64,000 bases of DNA from Patescibacteria group bacterium (GTDB lineage: Bacteria; Patescibacteriota; Gracilibacteria; BD1-5; UBA2023). Location: the NCBI GenBank assembly GCA_031539225.1, contig JAVKLJ010000003.1, forward strand, positions 11,069 through 75,068, written 5' to 3'. Under the pieces are notes generated by a model. The model was not told where the DNA came from, searched no databases, and worked only from the letters and a program-made list of their open reading frames with translations. A program made the position numbers and the translations under genes. This document shows positions 34,090 to 44,688 of this stretch, piece by piece (positions within the stretch are counted from its first letter, which is position 1; each line of letters begins with the position of its first letter).

Positions 34090-35052
34090 ATGAAAACTCT
34101 CGATACTATACTACTCATGCGAATCTGATTTTTTTGAACACCAAGCCTTTCTGCAAAAGTACTCCAAGACCTCCTCGATACAACAGATTGTGAGGTTGTT
34201 TTTGTCGTTACCAATCCCGACAAACCAATTGGGAGAAACCAAGATATGACACAAACTCCAGTAAAAACACTCTCCCTTGCTCATAATATTCCTGTATTTA
34301 CTCCATGAAAGATCCGTGAAAATACAGAGTTTTTTAACACACTTCGTACATTTTGATGCGACTATTATATCGTCGTAGCCTATGGGAAAATCCTCCCAAA
34401 AGAAGTACTCGAAATGCCAAAAAAAATGTGTATCAATATCCATGGTTCGATACTCCCTGCATATCGATGAGCGTCACCGATACAATCCGCACTTCTCCAC
34501 GGTGAAGAAACGACAGGAGTCACTATCATGGAAATGAGCGAAGGAATGGATGAAGGTGATATCCTCAAAATCCGTGAAATCGAAATAGCAAAAGAAGAAA
34601 TCACCGAGAGCTTATTTGAGAAATTTATGAAAATATCCGGACCAACTCTCATACAGACACTCCGTGAACTCGAAACATGAGGCATTACCCCACTTCCACA
34701 AGACGCGAGCCGAGCAACATACTGCAAAAAAATAGAGAAAGAAGACGGTCTCATTGATTGGACTCAGAGTGCAAAAGAAATCTACCAGAAATGGCAAGCC
34801 TACACACCATGGCCTGGAATATATACAACATATGAATGAAAAAGGCTCCTTCTCGAGAAAGTCAGTTTTACAGAAGAAGAGAATCTTAAGTGAAATATTG
34901 GGGAAAGTATAAAACAATCTAACTGAAACATGGGCGTGATTTGTGGCAAATGAATCTTGACACTGGAACAAGTAAAACTAGAATGAAAAAAATCACAAAA
35001 CATAAAAGATTTTGTGAATGGAAATCAGAAATTTATTTGCTATAACCTTTAA
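34090..35052 (+). CDS. fmt: methionyl-tRNA formyltransferase
   Basis: [34 protein letters not shown] (both Gly after Arg are handled by TGA and GGN). Alternative start ATG at 34117. Confidence 0.9.
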
Positions 35053-35193
35053 AAAATGAAACTAGACTTACTACCATCTCCCTTAGAGATAGATACTCCT
35101 TTTGATTGGGTTAAAACCATGGAAGAATTTCTTTCAACAAATCCCACTGCTCAACTTGTTATTCAGACTATTTCGCGAATGTGCTAATATTTT

Positions 35194-35583
35194 ATGTCCT
35201 CTCTTTTTTCCAAAATCATCGCCTGAGAAATTGCCTCATTTAAGATATATGAAGATGAGTATACTTTTGCATTTCTCGATATATTTCCGCAGACACCTGG
35301 TCATGTACTCATCGTACCAAAGTGCGAGGTAGATCATTTTTCTGAAGTACCAGAACCATACTACTCTGCTATATTTCAGACCGCAAAAAAACTTGCTCCA
35401 GCAATACAAAAAGCCACAGCATGTAATCGAGTTTGTACGCTCTTTCTCGGGTATGAGATTCCCCACTGTCACTATCACCTCCTTCCATCGCACTCGCTCG
35501 AAGATATACACTGGAAGAAAATGCCTCAAGCAGACATGGAAAATCTCAGGAATATGCAAGAAAAAATTATTTCATACCTCTAA
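35194..35583 (+). CDS. HIT-family hydrolase
   Basis: FSKIIAGEIASFKIYEDEYTFAFLDIFPQTPGHVLIVPK and the histidine triad HCHYHLLP. Confidence 0.85.
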
Positions 35584-35586
35584 AAT

Positions 35587-36351
35587 ATGTTTTCTATAGC
35601 GCTCAATACCTTTCGTGAAATACTGAGAAATCGCTTCTTTTCAGTGGTGATTCTTTTTAGTTTTACCCTTATTCTCTTATCAGTATTCCTCGATACACTC
35701 TCTTTGGGTGAATGAAATAGGATTCTCATGGATTTTTCTCTTTCCTTTATGGAAATATCGGGACTCATTCTCGTACTTTTCCTGGGCTCATATACGATTG
35801 CGCGAGAAGTAGAGTGAAAAACGCTCTATCTCGTATTTTCAAAACCTATACAGCGTGGATCTGTCATTTTTGGAAAATTCATAGGTTTTATGGCAATACT
35901 CTGAGTACTCATTTTGATAGAATCTTCTGTTTTTATGACTGTGCTCCTCATACATGAAGTGAATTTGACGAGCATATTTTTCATAGCAATACTCGGTATT
36001 TATATGAAGCTTCTCTCAATCCTTTCAATTATTCTCTTTTTTGGAGTATTTACTTCACCGATGGTGACACTCTTTACAGGCATTATGAGCTATATCATAG
36101 GGCATAGTGGGTATGCTGTCATAGAGTATGCAACGCAAATACACAACAATACTCTGTTAGTTATTGCAAAGATTATTTTAGCAATATTCCCAAATCTTTC
36201 ATCGCTCAATATAAAAAATATGATTGATATGCCTATTCCTCCATCAGTTTGAGATATAAGCCTCGGATTTTTCATAAATAGTATCTATATACTCATTCTT
36301 CTTTTTTTCTGAAAATGGGCATTCGAGAAGAAATCATTCGAAACACTATAA
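35587..36351 (+). CDS. ABC-2-type transporter permease-like membrane protein
   Basis: MFSIALNTFREILRNRFF..., then REVEGKTLYLVFSKPIQRGSVIFGKF and multiple transmembrane segments. No ATPase gene is adjacent. Confidence 0.5.
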
Positions 36352-36388
36352 AATAAAAACTTCCTTGAATGCAAGGAAGTTTTTTTAT
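36352..36388. terminator. bidirectional terminator
   Basis: Stem ACTTCCTTG / CAAGGAAGT with loop AATG, flanked by an A-run and a T-run. Confidence 0.65.
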
Positions 36389-36389
36389 G

Positions 36390-37793
36390 CTACATTCATT
36401 CCATTTCCATACTGATGAGTACATTCATCTCAGCAGCGTATTCGAGTGGGAGTTCTCGCATGAGAGGAGAGACAAACCCTCGTACAATCATCGTTTTTGC
36501 CTCGTTTTCACCGATTCCACGAGACATGAGATAAAAAAGTGTATCTTCATTGATTTTTCCCACGCTCGCCTCATGTGCGACACTTGCATCATCAGTTGCA
36601 ACACGGATATCTGGTATCGTATCACTTCGAGAAAGCTGGTCGAGGATGAGTCCATCACAATCGACTTTTGAAAAAGCACCGGTCGCGGATTTTTTGATAT
36701 CAATGAGTCATCGATATATCGACACTCCGCCATTCTTCGACAGTGACTTCGACACGACTTCTGACGAAGTATTTTTTCAGATATGGATCACCTTTGCACC
36801 CGTATCTGTTTCTTGTCATGCATTGGCGAAGGCAATACCAAAGTGAAGCGCTTTTGAATTATCTCACTTGAGGACAGAACACGGATAGAGCATCGTGACT
36901 CATGAACCGAGATTTCCACCCACCCATTCGATACTTCCGCCATCTTCGACAATTGCTCGTTTCGTATTGAGATTGTAGGTATCTATCGACCAGTTTTCGA
37001 CACTCGAGTAGCGCATCTTCGCCATTTTTCCGACATATATTTCGACACACCCAGCATGGAGACTCGCGGTTCCATATTTCGGAGCGCTGCATCATTCGAT
37101 ATAGTGTGCCTCTGCTTCATCTTCGACGACGATGAGTGTATGTTCGAACTGTCCACCCGCTTTCACATTCATTCGGAAATACGCTTGAAGTGGTGCATCT
37201 ATCTTTACTCATTTTGGTATATAGAGAAATGTTCCCCCTGACCATACTGCGCCATGGAGGGCTGCAAACATATGATCCGTCGGAGGCACTGCTCGCATAA
37301 AGTGCTTTTTGACAATCTCCTCATGTTCGACAATCGCGACAGACATATCCTCAAATATCACGCCCAAATCCTGGAGCTCTTGTCTGAGATTATGGTAGAC
37401 TACTTCGCTATCATACTGCGCTCCGACACCTGCGAGCATAGCTCGTTCAGCTTCAGGGATACCGAGTCTATCAAAAGTTGATTTTATATTTTCAGGGACA
37501 TCATCCCATGATTTTTTATCTCATCCACCCTCTGCCTTGGCAAAATAGTAGATATCATCGAGATTGAGCGCATCGAGCGATGGTCCCCATGTTGGCTTTT
37601 TTGAAGCAAGAAAAACCTCAAGAGACTTGAGTCGTTTTTCGAGCATACACTCGGGTTCCTTGTTTGAGAGTGAAATCTGACGCACTACGACTTCGTTGAT
37701 ACCAGGAAGAGCGAGAGTCGAATAAGTGATATCATCACTGCGGTCAAGTGTATCACGAGAGATATCTCAGAATGCTTGTACTTCGTCTGACAT
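36390..37793 (-). CDS. sufB: Fe-S cluster assembly protein SufB
   Basis: [13 protein letters not shown]..., [14 protein letters not shown]-terminal [19 protein letters not shown]. Confidence 0.9.
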
Positions 37794-37811
37794 AGTCTAA
37801 AAATAAATAAA

Positions 37812-38546
37812 TTAATCCTGAAAACCTGTTTTTCTGATTTCTTCGACAAGATTTCTCTCACCTTGTTTTACTATCTGTCCATCCTTCATGATGATGATAT
37901 TATCGACTGTGATAGAGTCCAGGAGATGAAAATTATGCGTAATGATAATAATCGTTTTCCCTTTTTCTTTCCATGTGTCGATACTCTCTCGCAGAAAAGA
38001 AATAGCATCGATATCAAGACCTGCATCTATCTCATCGAGAATGATACATTCTGGTTCTAGGAGGGCTATCTGGAGTATCTCAATGCGTCTTTTTTCACCA
38101 CCTGAAAATCCGACAAACAGGTCTCTTTCGAGAAATGACATATCGAGACCGATATCAGGCATCATTTTTTCTATCATTCTGCGAAAGACAAATGGTGTCG
38201 GGAGTTTTTCTCATGGATGTGTATGTGTAAAATGCTCATTATACACAGTTCGGAGGTATTCCATGAGTTTGATACCAGGAATCTCTGGAATGCTCTGGAA
38301 TGAGAGAAAAATACCCTTCTTTTGTCTCTGAGCTGGTGAGAGGGATATGATATCTTCATCACGGAAAAAAATATTTCCAGTAGAAAGATATCTCGGATGT
38401 CCCATGAGAGAGAGTGCGAGAGAGGATTTTCCAGATCCATTATGACCAAGTATCGCTGTCGTCTTCCCTTGGGCAAAATCATAATTCAAAGCTCGAAGAA
38501 TCTGCTTTTCAGAAATACTTACAGAAAAATTTTTGAGAGAAAACAT
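37812..38546 (-). CDS. sufC: Fe-S cluster assembly ATPase SufC
   Basis: GHNGSGKSSL, FSGGEKRRIEILQ, ILDEIDAGLDID. Confidence 0.95.
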
Positions 38547-38633
38547 AAAAAAGTGTGGAATAAAGAGACAATAATCAGATACCGATAATAAGAATGAATC
38601 TCAAAAAGGCAAGAATAAAATAATAACAAGACA

Positions 38634-38668
38634 ACAAAAAATCCCCCCAAAATTGGGGGGATTTTTGT
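38634..38668 (-). terminator. intrinsic terminator after the S-layer-like gene
   Basis: Stem AAAAATCCCCCC / GGGGGGATTTTT with a T-run on the minus strand. Confidence 0.7.
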
Positions 38669-38697
38669 ACCGAATAATCTGTCTTATAAAGAGAGAA

Positions 38698-41601
38698 TTA
38701 TTTTGTAAATGTAGCACTAGCACCAGCTGTACCAACATAAGTTTCAGAATCAGCAACACCACCTACAGAGTAGTAGAGTTGTTTTACAGAAATCTGAAGT
38801 TGACCACCTGCAGGAAGAAGGTTAGCAGAATCGACATATACTTCGAATTCAACCGTACCATTATTCTTGTCAGCTGTCATATTAGTCGTAAGACCAGTAA
38901 CAGCAACAGTTTTATCTATAGCAGGAACTGAACCACTACCAGAAGAGACACCAGTCTGTCCAAATGTATTTGAACTTCCAAGATCACGGAGGTAAGCAGA
39001 AGCAGTGTATGAAGTATTACCTGGAAGGGCAGTCTTGAAGTCAAACTTAGCACCTGTAAGAGTAATACCAGTATTTGAGTCAGGGTTAGTAACCTTAACC
39101 TTAAATACATTTTCAGATACAGCAGTTACGAGAACTGTTGGAGCAACAGTACCGATAGTGTAAGATTTGAATGATACACCAGCAGTTGTAGGAGTAACAG
39201 CAGTAGAGTTAGAATCACGAACTACAGTAAGATTACCAGTAGAAGTCGAGAGAATAAGTGTCTTTCCGTAAGAAGATTCAAGTGAAGTTGTAGTAAGAAC
39301 AACCTTATAGTTCTTTGTTACATCTTGACCGATAGTATCGTTCATGCTATCAATAGTAAGAGTATTATTAGAGATAGTAGCTGTAGCAGAGATCTGAGCG
39401 TTTGTAGCAACATCAACGAGTTTTACACTTGAACTACTACTTGCAATACCTGAAAGGCTTGCAGTACCACCATTTGTAAAAATAACTTTTTGAAGACGAG
39501 CAGCTTCATTACGAGCAGTGATAGCAAATCGACCGATTTCTTGGTCAGCAGAGCTATAGAGACGAGCAGTAGAAGGAGCAGCGACAGTAGCAGTCTTGAG
39601 TTCAACTTGTGAAGTATTTACAGTAATCTTGTCACCAGTGAGGTTTTGACCAGCACCGATAGAAGCTTGATTATTGCTTGAATCACGAACATCAGAGAAT
39701 GCAACTACGAATGTAAATGCACCATTTACATTAGCATTGTTCTTTACAGAACCTTCAATAGTAAGAGTACCTTTATTTGTAGAATCAACAACAAATGAAA
39801 CAGTCTTAGCTTGAGCTACACCATTTGCAAGAGTTGTGAGAGTACCGATTTCAGAACCATTAAGCTTGATAGAGAGTTGATCATTTACGAACGCGTCAAT
39901 ACCAGAACCTGTAATAGTAGGAGTAACAGTAATACCACGAACTGTAAGTGGAACAGCAGATGTTACAGTTCCGTTGAAGAGCTTAACATTGTTTGAACCA
40001 GGAGCAATAGTGAGACTACCTGTAGAGTTCTTTGTAAATGTAACTTCTACATTAGTAAACTGAAGTGATGCACCTGTAGATGGGCTTGTAACCACCTGAG
40101 TAGCATAACCAGTTGTAAGTTCAGAAGCGTTTACATCAGTACTAGAGTCAAACTTGAATCCGAGGATTGTAGAGCTAGAGTCAACGAGGACATCGGCTTT
40201 AAGTTCGTAAGTTTGAGTGTTTCCAGCTGTAAGAACATCTGAAAGACCAGATACAGAGAGCTTTTCGTTAGACATAGAGACAGTACCAACTGCTACACCA
40301 TTTCGGTAAAGAACTGGGTTAGAAAGTCGTTTTGTAAAGTCAGTAGATCCAGAACGAGTAAGAGTAAATCCAGTAACCTTAGTATCTCGTGAACCAGCAG
40401 CAACATCAACCTTAAGGATTGATTGAGCAGCCTTACCAGGAGTTACAGTACCAGCAGAAGCTGTAAGAGTTACAGTAGTCTTAGCAGTAGTGTAAGAAGT
40501 AGTATTAAGGAGACCGAGAGTTACAGGAGCACCAGTAACAGTTCCGTCAGCATTTACTGCATCAAGAGCGAATTGGTGTTGACTATTCTGAGCACCAGAG
40601 AGGTTAACGAGGATATCAACTGAAGTTGATGTTCCAGCCTTAACAACGAGTGCAGGAGAGAAGTAAACATTACCCTTTTGAGAAGTAGAGTTGTAGTAGT
40701 CAGCAGAAGAAGAGATGATAACACCACTCTGAGAAGCACGGATACCGTTAGTATCAGTAATATCAGAAGATGCACCAAGACCAGATCGGCTTACGATAAG
40801 AGATCGAACAGTAACATCCTTACCAGCAGAAGCTGTAAGTTTTACTGAACCAACCTTAACGCTTGAAGCGTTCATAGGAACATACTGTGCAACAGCTGTA
40901 CCATCGAGAGCAACTGAGAGAGCTCCACCACCAACTGTAGTAGTTGTACCAGTAGTTGTAGTAGTAGTTCCAGAACCATTAGATGGAGGAACTGTAGGCT
41001 CAGTAGTTGTAGTATCGAGTTGAGCAGCACATGCAGCCATCTTGAATGCTTCACCACGAGATGAAGTAGCATTTGGACGGAAGTATGTAGCAGAAGATGC
41101 ACATCCGAGCTCGTTAGCACGGTTTACATATCCAGCAAGATCACCAAGACCATTGAGGTCTGTGTAACCAGCATCAGTAGTACTAGCAGTTTCACCTACT
41201 GCACCAAGAAGCATTTTTGTCATTTCAGCACGAGTTACAGATGCTGTAGGGCGGAAGTTTGCATTCTTTGTAGAAACAACTCCAGCTTGAGCAAGTGCCT
41301 CGATGTAACCACAAAGGTCACCGAGCTTAGAGCTTACGTCACCGTAAACTGTACCAGAACATTCAGTAGCTGTATAACCACCGAGATTAGCAGTAACTTT
41401 TGCAAGTTCTGCACGAGTAATAGTGTCACCAAGGCGATATGCTGCCTCAGAAGACTGAGTACCGATAACAGCGTTATCAGCGAGGACTGAAGCGTAAGGG
41501 AGGAACTCACTTGCAGCAGACACAACGGAAGTACCGAGTGTAGAAGCAAGAAGAGCAACCATACTTACAGCAGAAGTCATCTTCGTAGAGAAGTTAACCA
41601 T
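38698..41601 (-). CDS. 967-aa S-layer-like surface protein (SLH-like N-terminal modules, Thr-rich linker, Ig-like beta repeats)
   Basis: Uninterrupted standard-code ORF with no TGA. Signal peptide ...ASTLGTSVVSAASEF. Contains FRPTASVTRAEMTKMLLGAVG and FRPNATSSRGEAFKM. Ser/Thr/Val/Gly-rich composition. Confidence 0.8.
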   Translation of the reverse strand: MVNFSTKMTSAVSMVALLASTLGTSVVSAASEFLPYASVLADNAVIGTQSSEAAYRLGDTITRAELAKVTANLGGYTATECSGTVYGDVSSKLGDLCGYIEALAQAGVVSTKNANFRPTASVTRAEMTKMLLGAVGETASTTDAGYTDLNGLGDLAGYVNRANELGCASSATYFRPNATSSRGEAFKMAACAAQLDTTTTEPTVPPSNGSGTTTTTTGTTTTVGGGALSVALDGTAVAQYVPMNASSVKVGSVKLTASAGKDVTVRSLIVSRSGLGASSDITDTNGIRASQSGVIISSSADYYNSTSQKGNVYFSPALVVKAGTSTSVDILVNLSGAQNSQHQFALDAVNADGTVTGAPVTLGLLNTTSYTTAKTTVTLTASAGTVTPGKAAQSILKVDVAAGSRDTKVTGFTLTRSGSTDFTKRLSNPVLYRNGVAVGTVSMSNEKLSVSGLSDVLTAGNTQTYELKADVLVDSSSTILGFKFDSSTDVNASELTTGYATQVVTSPSTGASLQFTNVEVTFTKNSTGSLTIAPGSNNVKLFNGTVTSAVPLTVRGITVTPTITGSGIDAFVNDQLSIKLNGSEIGTLTTLANGVAQAKTVSFVVDSTNKGTLTIEGSVKNNANVNGAFTFVVAFSDVRDSSNNQASIGAGQNLTGDKITVNTSQVELKTATVAAPSTARLYSSADQEIGRFAITARNEAARLQKVIFTNGGTASLSGIASSSSSVKLVDVATNAQISATATISNNTLTIDSMNDTIGQDVTKNYKVVLTTTSLESSYGKTLILSTSTGNLTVVRDSNSTAVTPTTAGVSFKSYTIGTVAPTVLVTAVSENVFKVKVTNPDSNTGITLTGAKFDFKTALPGNTSYTASAYLRDLGSSNTFGQTGVSSGSGSVPAIDKTVAVTGLTTNMTADKNNGTVEFEVYVDSANLLPAGGQLQISVKQLYYSVGGVADSETYVGTAGASATFTK

Positions 41602-41975
41602 AGAAAAGTAGGTTAAAAAAAATAAATGCGGTAAACCACCGCGGCGGGGACAGTGACAATCTTGGTCAGAGATTATCGGGTTTTGAAATTCTCTGGTCAG
41701 GAGAATCTCACCAAGCCACTTTTTTACAAGTGGTAAGGTTAAAGCTTTAACCTCAAGTTACATACATAACGAGAGGACAGACAGGGTATTTCATGAAAAA
41801 ATATACCTTCTTTCCTCCCCTTATATAGCGGTAAAGAAGTGACCAAAGCTATTATGAGCGTGATGTTAAAGAACGCCACGACACGAAGAACGCGCCGAGA
41901 TTACGCGGAAATATTATGGAGTATTGGCTTAAAGTCAAATAAAAGTAGGTCATCTTCACTCTCATTTCACGAAAG
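41602..41975 (-). ncRNA. GC-enriched structured leader or unclassified RNA element upstream of the S-layer-like gene
   Basis: A series of hand-foldable helices: GGTTAA-AGCT-TTAACC, CCACTT-GTAAAA-AAGTGG, CTTGGT...ACCAAG enclosing CAGAGA...TCTCTG, and a long GGGGAGGAAAGAAGG...CCCTGTCTGTCCTCTC hairpin. No ORF. Confidence 0.4.
41612..41642 (-). terminator. terminator-like hairpin at the 3' end of the leader, about 10 nt (to the end of the T-run; about 26 nt from the stem) upstream of the S-layer ATG
   Basis: Minus strand: GCGGT-GGTTT-ACCGC followed by ATTTATTTTTTTT. Confidence 0.4.
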
Positions 41976-42294
41976 AAAAAATTTTTACAATAAATAACAA
42001 TAAACGCAATTCCTTTGTTTTCTGATATTTAAGAGGAAAAAAAGAAAAAGTAAAAAAAGAATTCTATTTTGTTGTTTTTTTTATACAATAAGAGAGCTAC
42101 AGAAAAGATTCGAGCGTAAAGAGAACCGAAAAAACACAATAGAAAAGAATAAAAAGAAAAATAACAATCTTCTTCCAAAAAAAACGAAACACAATTCTCG
42201 CACCCATGTGAGAGAAAGTCTCATAAGATTTTCTCTCATAAGAAAAAATCGATACTTTTTCGTATGCGTTATACTCAATAAATTTATACCCGAT

Positions 42295-43809
42295 ATGAAT
42301 CCTATACTTCTCATTACCCTCCTCGCTGGAGGCATTTCTGGCGGACTCGCTGTATACTTTTACCTTCAAAATCAACTCAAGCAAAAAGCAAAGTGAATAC
42401 TTGCAGAAGCCGAAAAAGAACGCAATGACATAATCACACGAGCCGAAGAAGTCGCAAAAAACATCCGAAAAGAGATAGAAGATGCTCGAAATGACATCAA
42501 AGACAGAAAGCAAAGTGCTCTCGAACAAGAATCACGACTCTCTGAAAAAGAATGAAAAATCGATAGAAAATATGAAGAACTCGAGCAAAAAAGAAATGAA
42601 CTCATGAAAAAAGAACAGTCTATCGAAGAGCGAATATCATCTATAGATAAAAAACAATTCGAAATAGAAACAAAACTCGAACAAGTATCAAGACTCTCAT
42701 CTGAAGAAGCGAAAGAACTCCTCATGAAATATACAGAGGAACGCTATGAAAGAGATATCGTCTCACTCATCGAAAAAAAGAAAAAAGATCTCAAGGCGCG
42801 CGAAGCAGAGATATCAAAAGAAATCCTCATCAAATCTATCCAGCAATATGCTGGTGAAGTCACTGGAGAAACGACACAAACGATGGTACAACTCGAAAGT
42901 GACGATCTCAAAGGAAAGCTCATCGGAAAGGAAGGGCGAAATATCATAGCATTTGAAAAAGCAACTGGGGTTTCACTCATCATCGATGATGCACCAGATA
43001 CAGTATTTCTTTCGAGCTTTGACCTCTTTCGTAGGTATATCGCGAAAAAATCACTCGAGGATCTCATAGCCGATAAAAGAATACAACCAGCCCGTATCGA
43101 GGAAATAGTAGAAAAAAATCAACAAGATGCAGATAAACTCATCTATGATCTCGGGCGAAAAACGATAGAAGAAATGGGAGTTATCGGTATTCCTGATGAG
43201 ATTGTTCCACTTATCGGAAAATTCAGGTTTCGTACGAGTTATGGACAAAATATACTGATGCACTCAAAGGAAGTGGCGTATATCGCTGAGGGTATCGCAA
43301 AACTCATCGGGGCTGATCCAGTTCTCGCACTCAAGGGAGGACTCCTCCATGATCTCGGAAAGGCAATGGATCATGATATCGAAGGAACTCATCCAGAAAT
43401 CGGTGGTCGTATAGCACGAAAATATGGTCTCGATGAGAAAACTATCAACATCATCGAATGACACCATGACGATGTCCCACAGATTTGTATCGAAACAAAG
43501 ATCGTACAGATAGCGGATGCCATATCAGCTGTCAGACCTGGTGCAAGACGCATGAATGTAGAAGACTATATCAAACGAATCGGAGAAATGGAGAATATCG
43601 CTATGAGCTTTCCTGGAGTAAACAAGGCATATGCACTCTCTGCTGGTCGTGAAATTCGTGTATTTGTAGATGCTGATACGGTATCTGATCTCGAAGCCGA
43701 AAAACGAGCACAAGAAATCGCAACAAATATCGAAGAAAACTGTAGTTACCCTGGTGAAGTAAAGGTAATCGTATTTCGTGAAAAGAAGGCAATCCAGTAC
43801 GCAAAATAA
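42295..43809 (+). CDS. rny: ribonuclease Y
   Basis: N-terminal transmembrane helix, coiled coil, KH domain (GKLIGKEGRNI), HD domain (LLHDLGKA ... GHHDD). Confidence 0.9.
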
Positions 43810-43846
43810 TTATTCGCTGCTCATATAATTATTTACTCTTTTTGAT

Positions 43847-44641
43847 ATGTATCCACTTATCAACATCTCGGATTCCATACAAATTTATACATTTTGACTC
43901 TGCATGGTGGTTGCTTGGCTTCTCTTTTTTGGGATTCTCCACCACTTTGTTGCTGAAAAATGAATACAAAAACATCCTTTTGGAAATATTGTGAGCTTTA
44001 CTCTTTCAAGTTTCTTCTTTGCAAGAATTTTCTATATCCTCTCAGAATGGAGAAATGAAAAATTTATTTTTGTGAATGTGGTAGAATGATGAGGATTTCT
44101 CCATTTCTTGAGTGAATTTTTTATCACGGATACCTACAAGCTCTCACTCGCAGGGGCCATAGTAGGATTTCTTCTTGTATTTTTCATCATTACAAAACGA
44201 GATAAAAATCCTATAGAAAAATATATAGATGCGCTCGTTCCCGCATTTTTGATTATGGCTGGAATAGGGTACTTCGGCGCTCTCCTTGGTGGTCAAGTGT
44301 ATGGTATTCCTTTCAATTCTGTCTTTTCAATACATTATACAGATAAAAACAGCATAGTACCATTTCAAAATGAACTCTTTCCACTTCCTATACTCTATAG
44401 TATCTGATGTGCCTTGATATACCTCTATCTCAAAAGAATCGAAAAGAAACAACAGCCACCACATGGAACCATGGGGTTTCTCGGTATGGGCATATATGGT
44501 GTTATGCTTTTCTTATGAGAATTCCTGAATGGTTCAAGTGACATGCTCAGCTCAATTTTTTTCATAAATTTTAATCAAGTTATAGGACTGATTTTTATTT
44601 TGTGTGCATTTTTATGAATGATGAAAATAATCCAAAAATAG
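43847..44641 (+). CDS. lgt: prolipoprotein diacylglyceryl transferase
   Basis: Polytopic membrane protein. ARIFYILSEW, GYFGALLGGQVYG, FLGEFLNG. Confidence 0.8.
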
Positions 44642-44688
44642 AAAGAAAACAAACAAAAAAAGAAAATACCGCACGGATTTTCTTTTTT

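Noticed and set aside
35056-35187. The 43-codon ORF (MKLDLLPSPLEIDTPFDWVKTMEEF...) between fmt and the HIT gene.
   Set aside because: It is short, has no recognisable family, and the HIT protein is complete without it. It cannot be distinguished from a chance ORF in a spacer.
41602-41975. RNase P RNA (minus-strand GGGGAGGAAAG resembles the P4 CR-I motif) or SRP RNA (plus-strand GGTCAGG).
   Set aside because: No matching 3' P4 strand (ACAGAA...CCTTCTT) follows the motif, and only about 200 nt remain downstream. The SRP-like word lacks the GNRA-capped helix 8 and the AGCA motif. The region is kept as an unclassified structured RNA.
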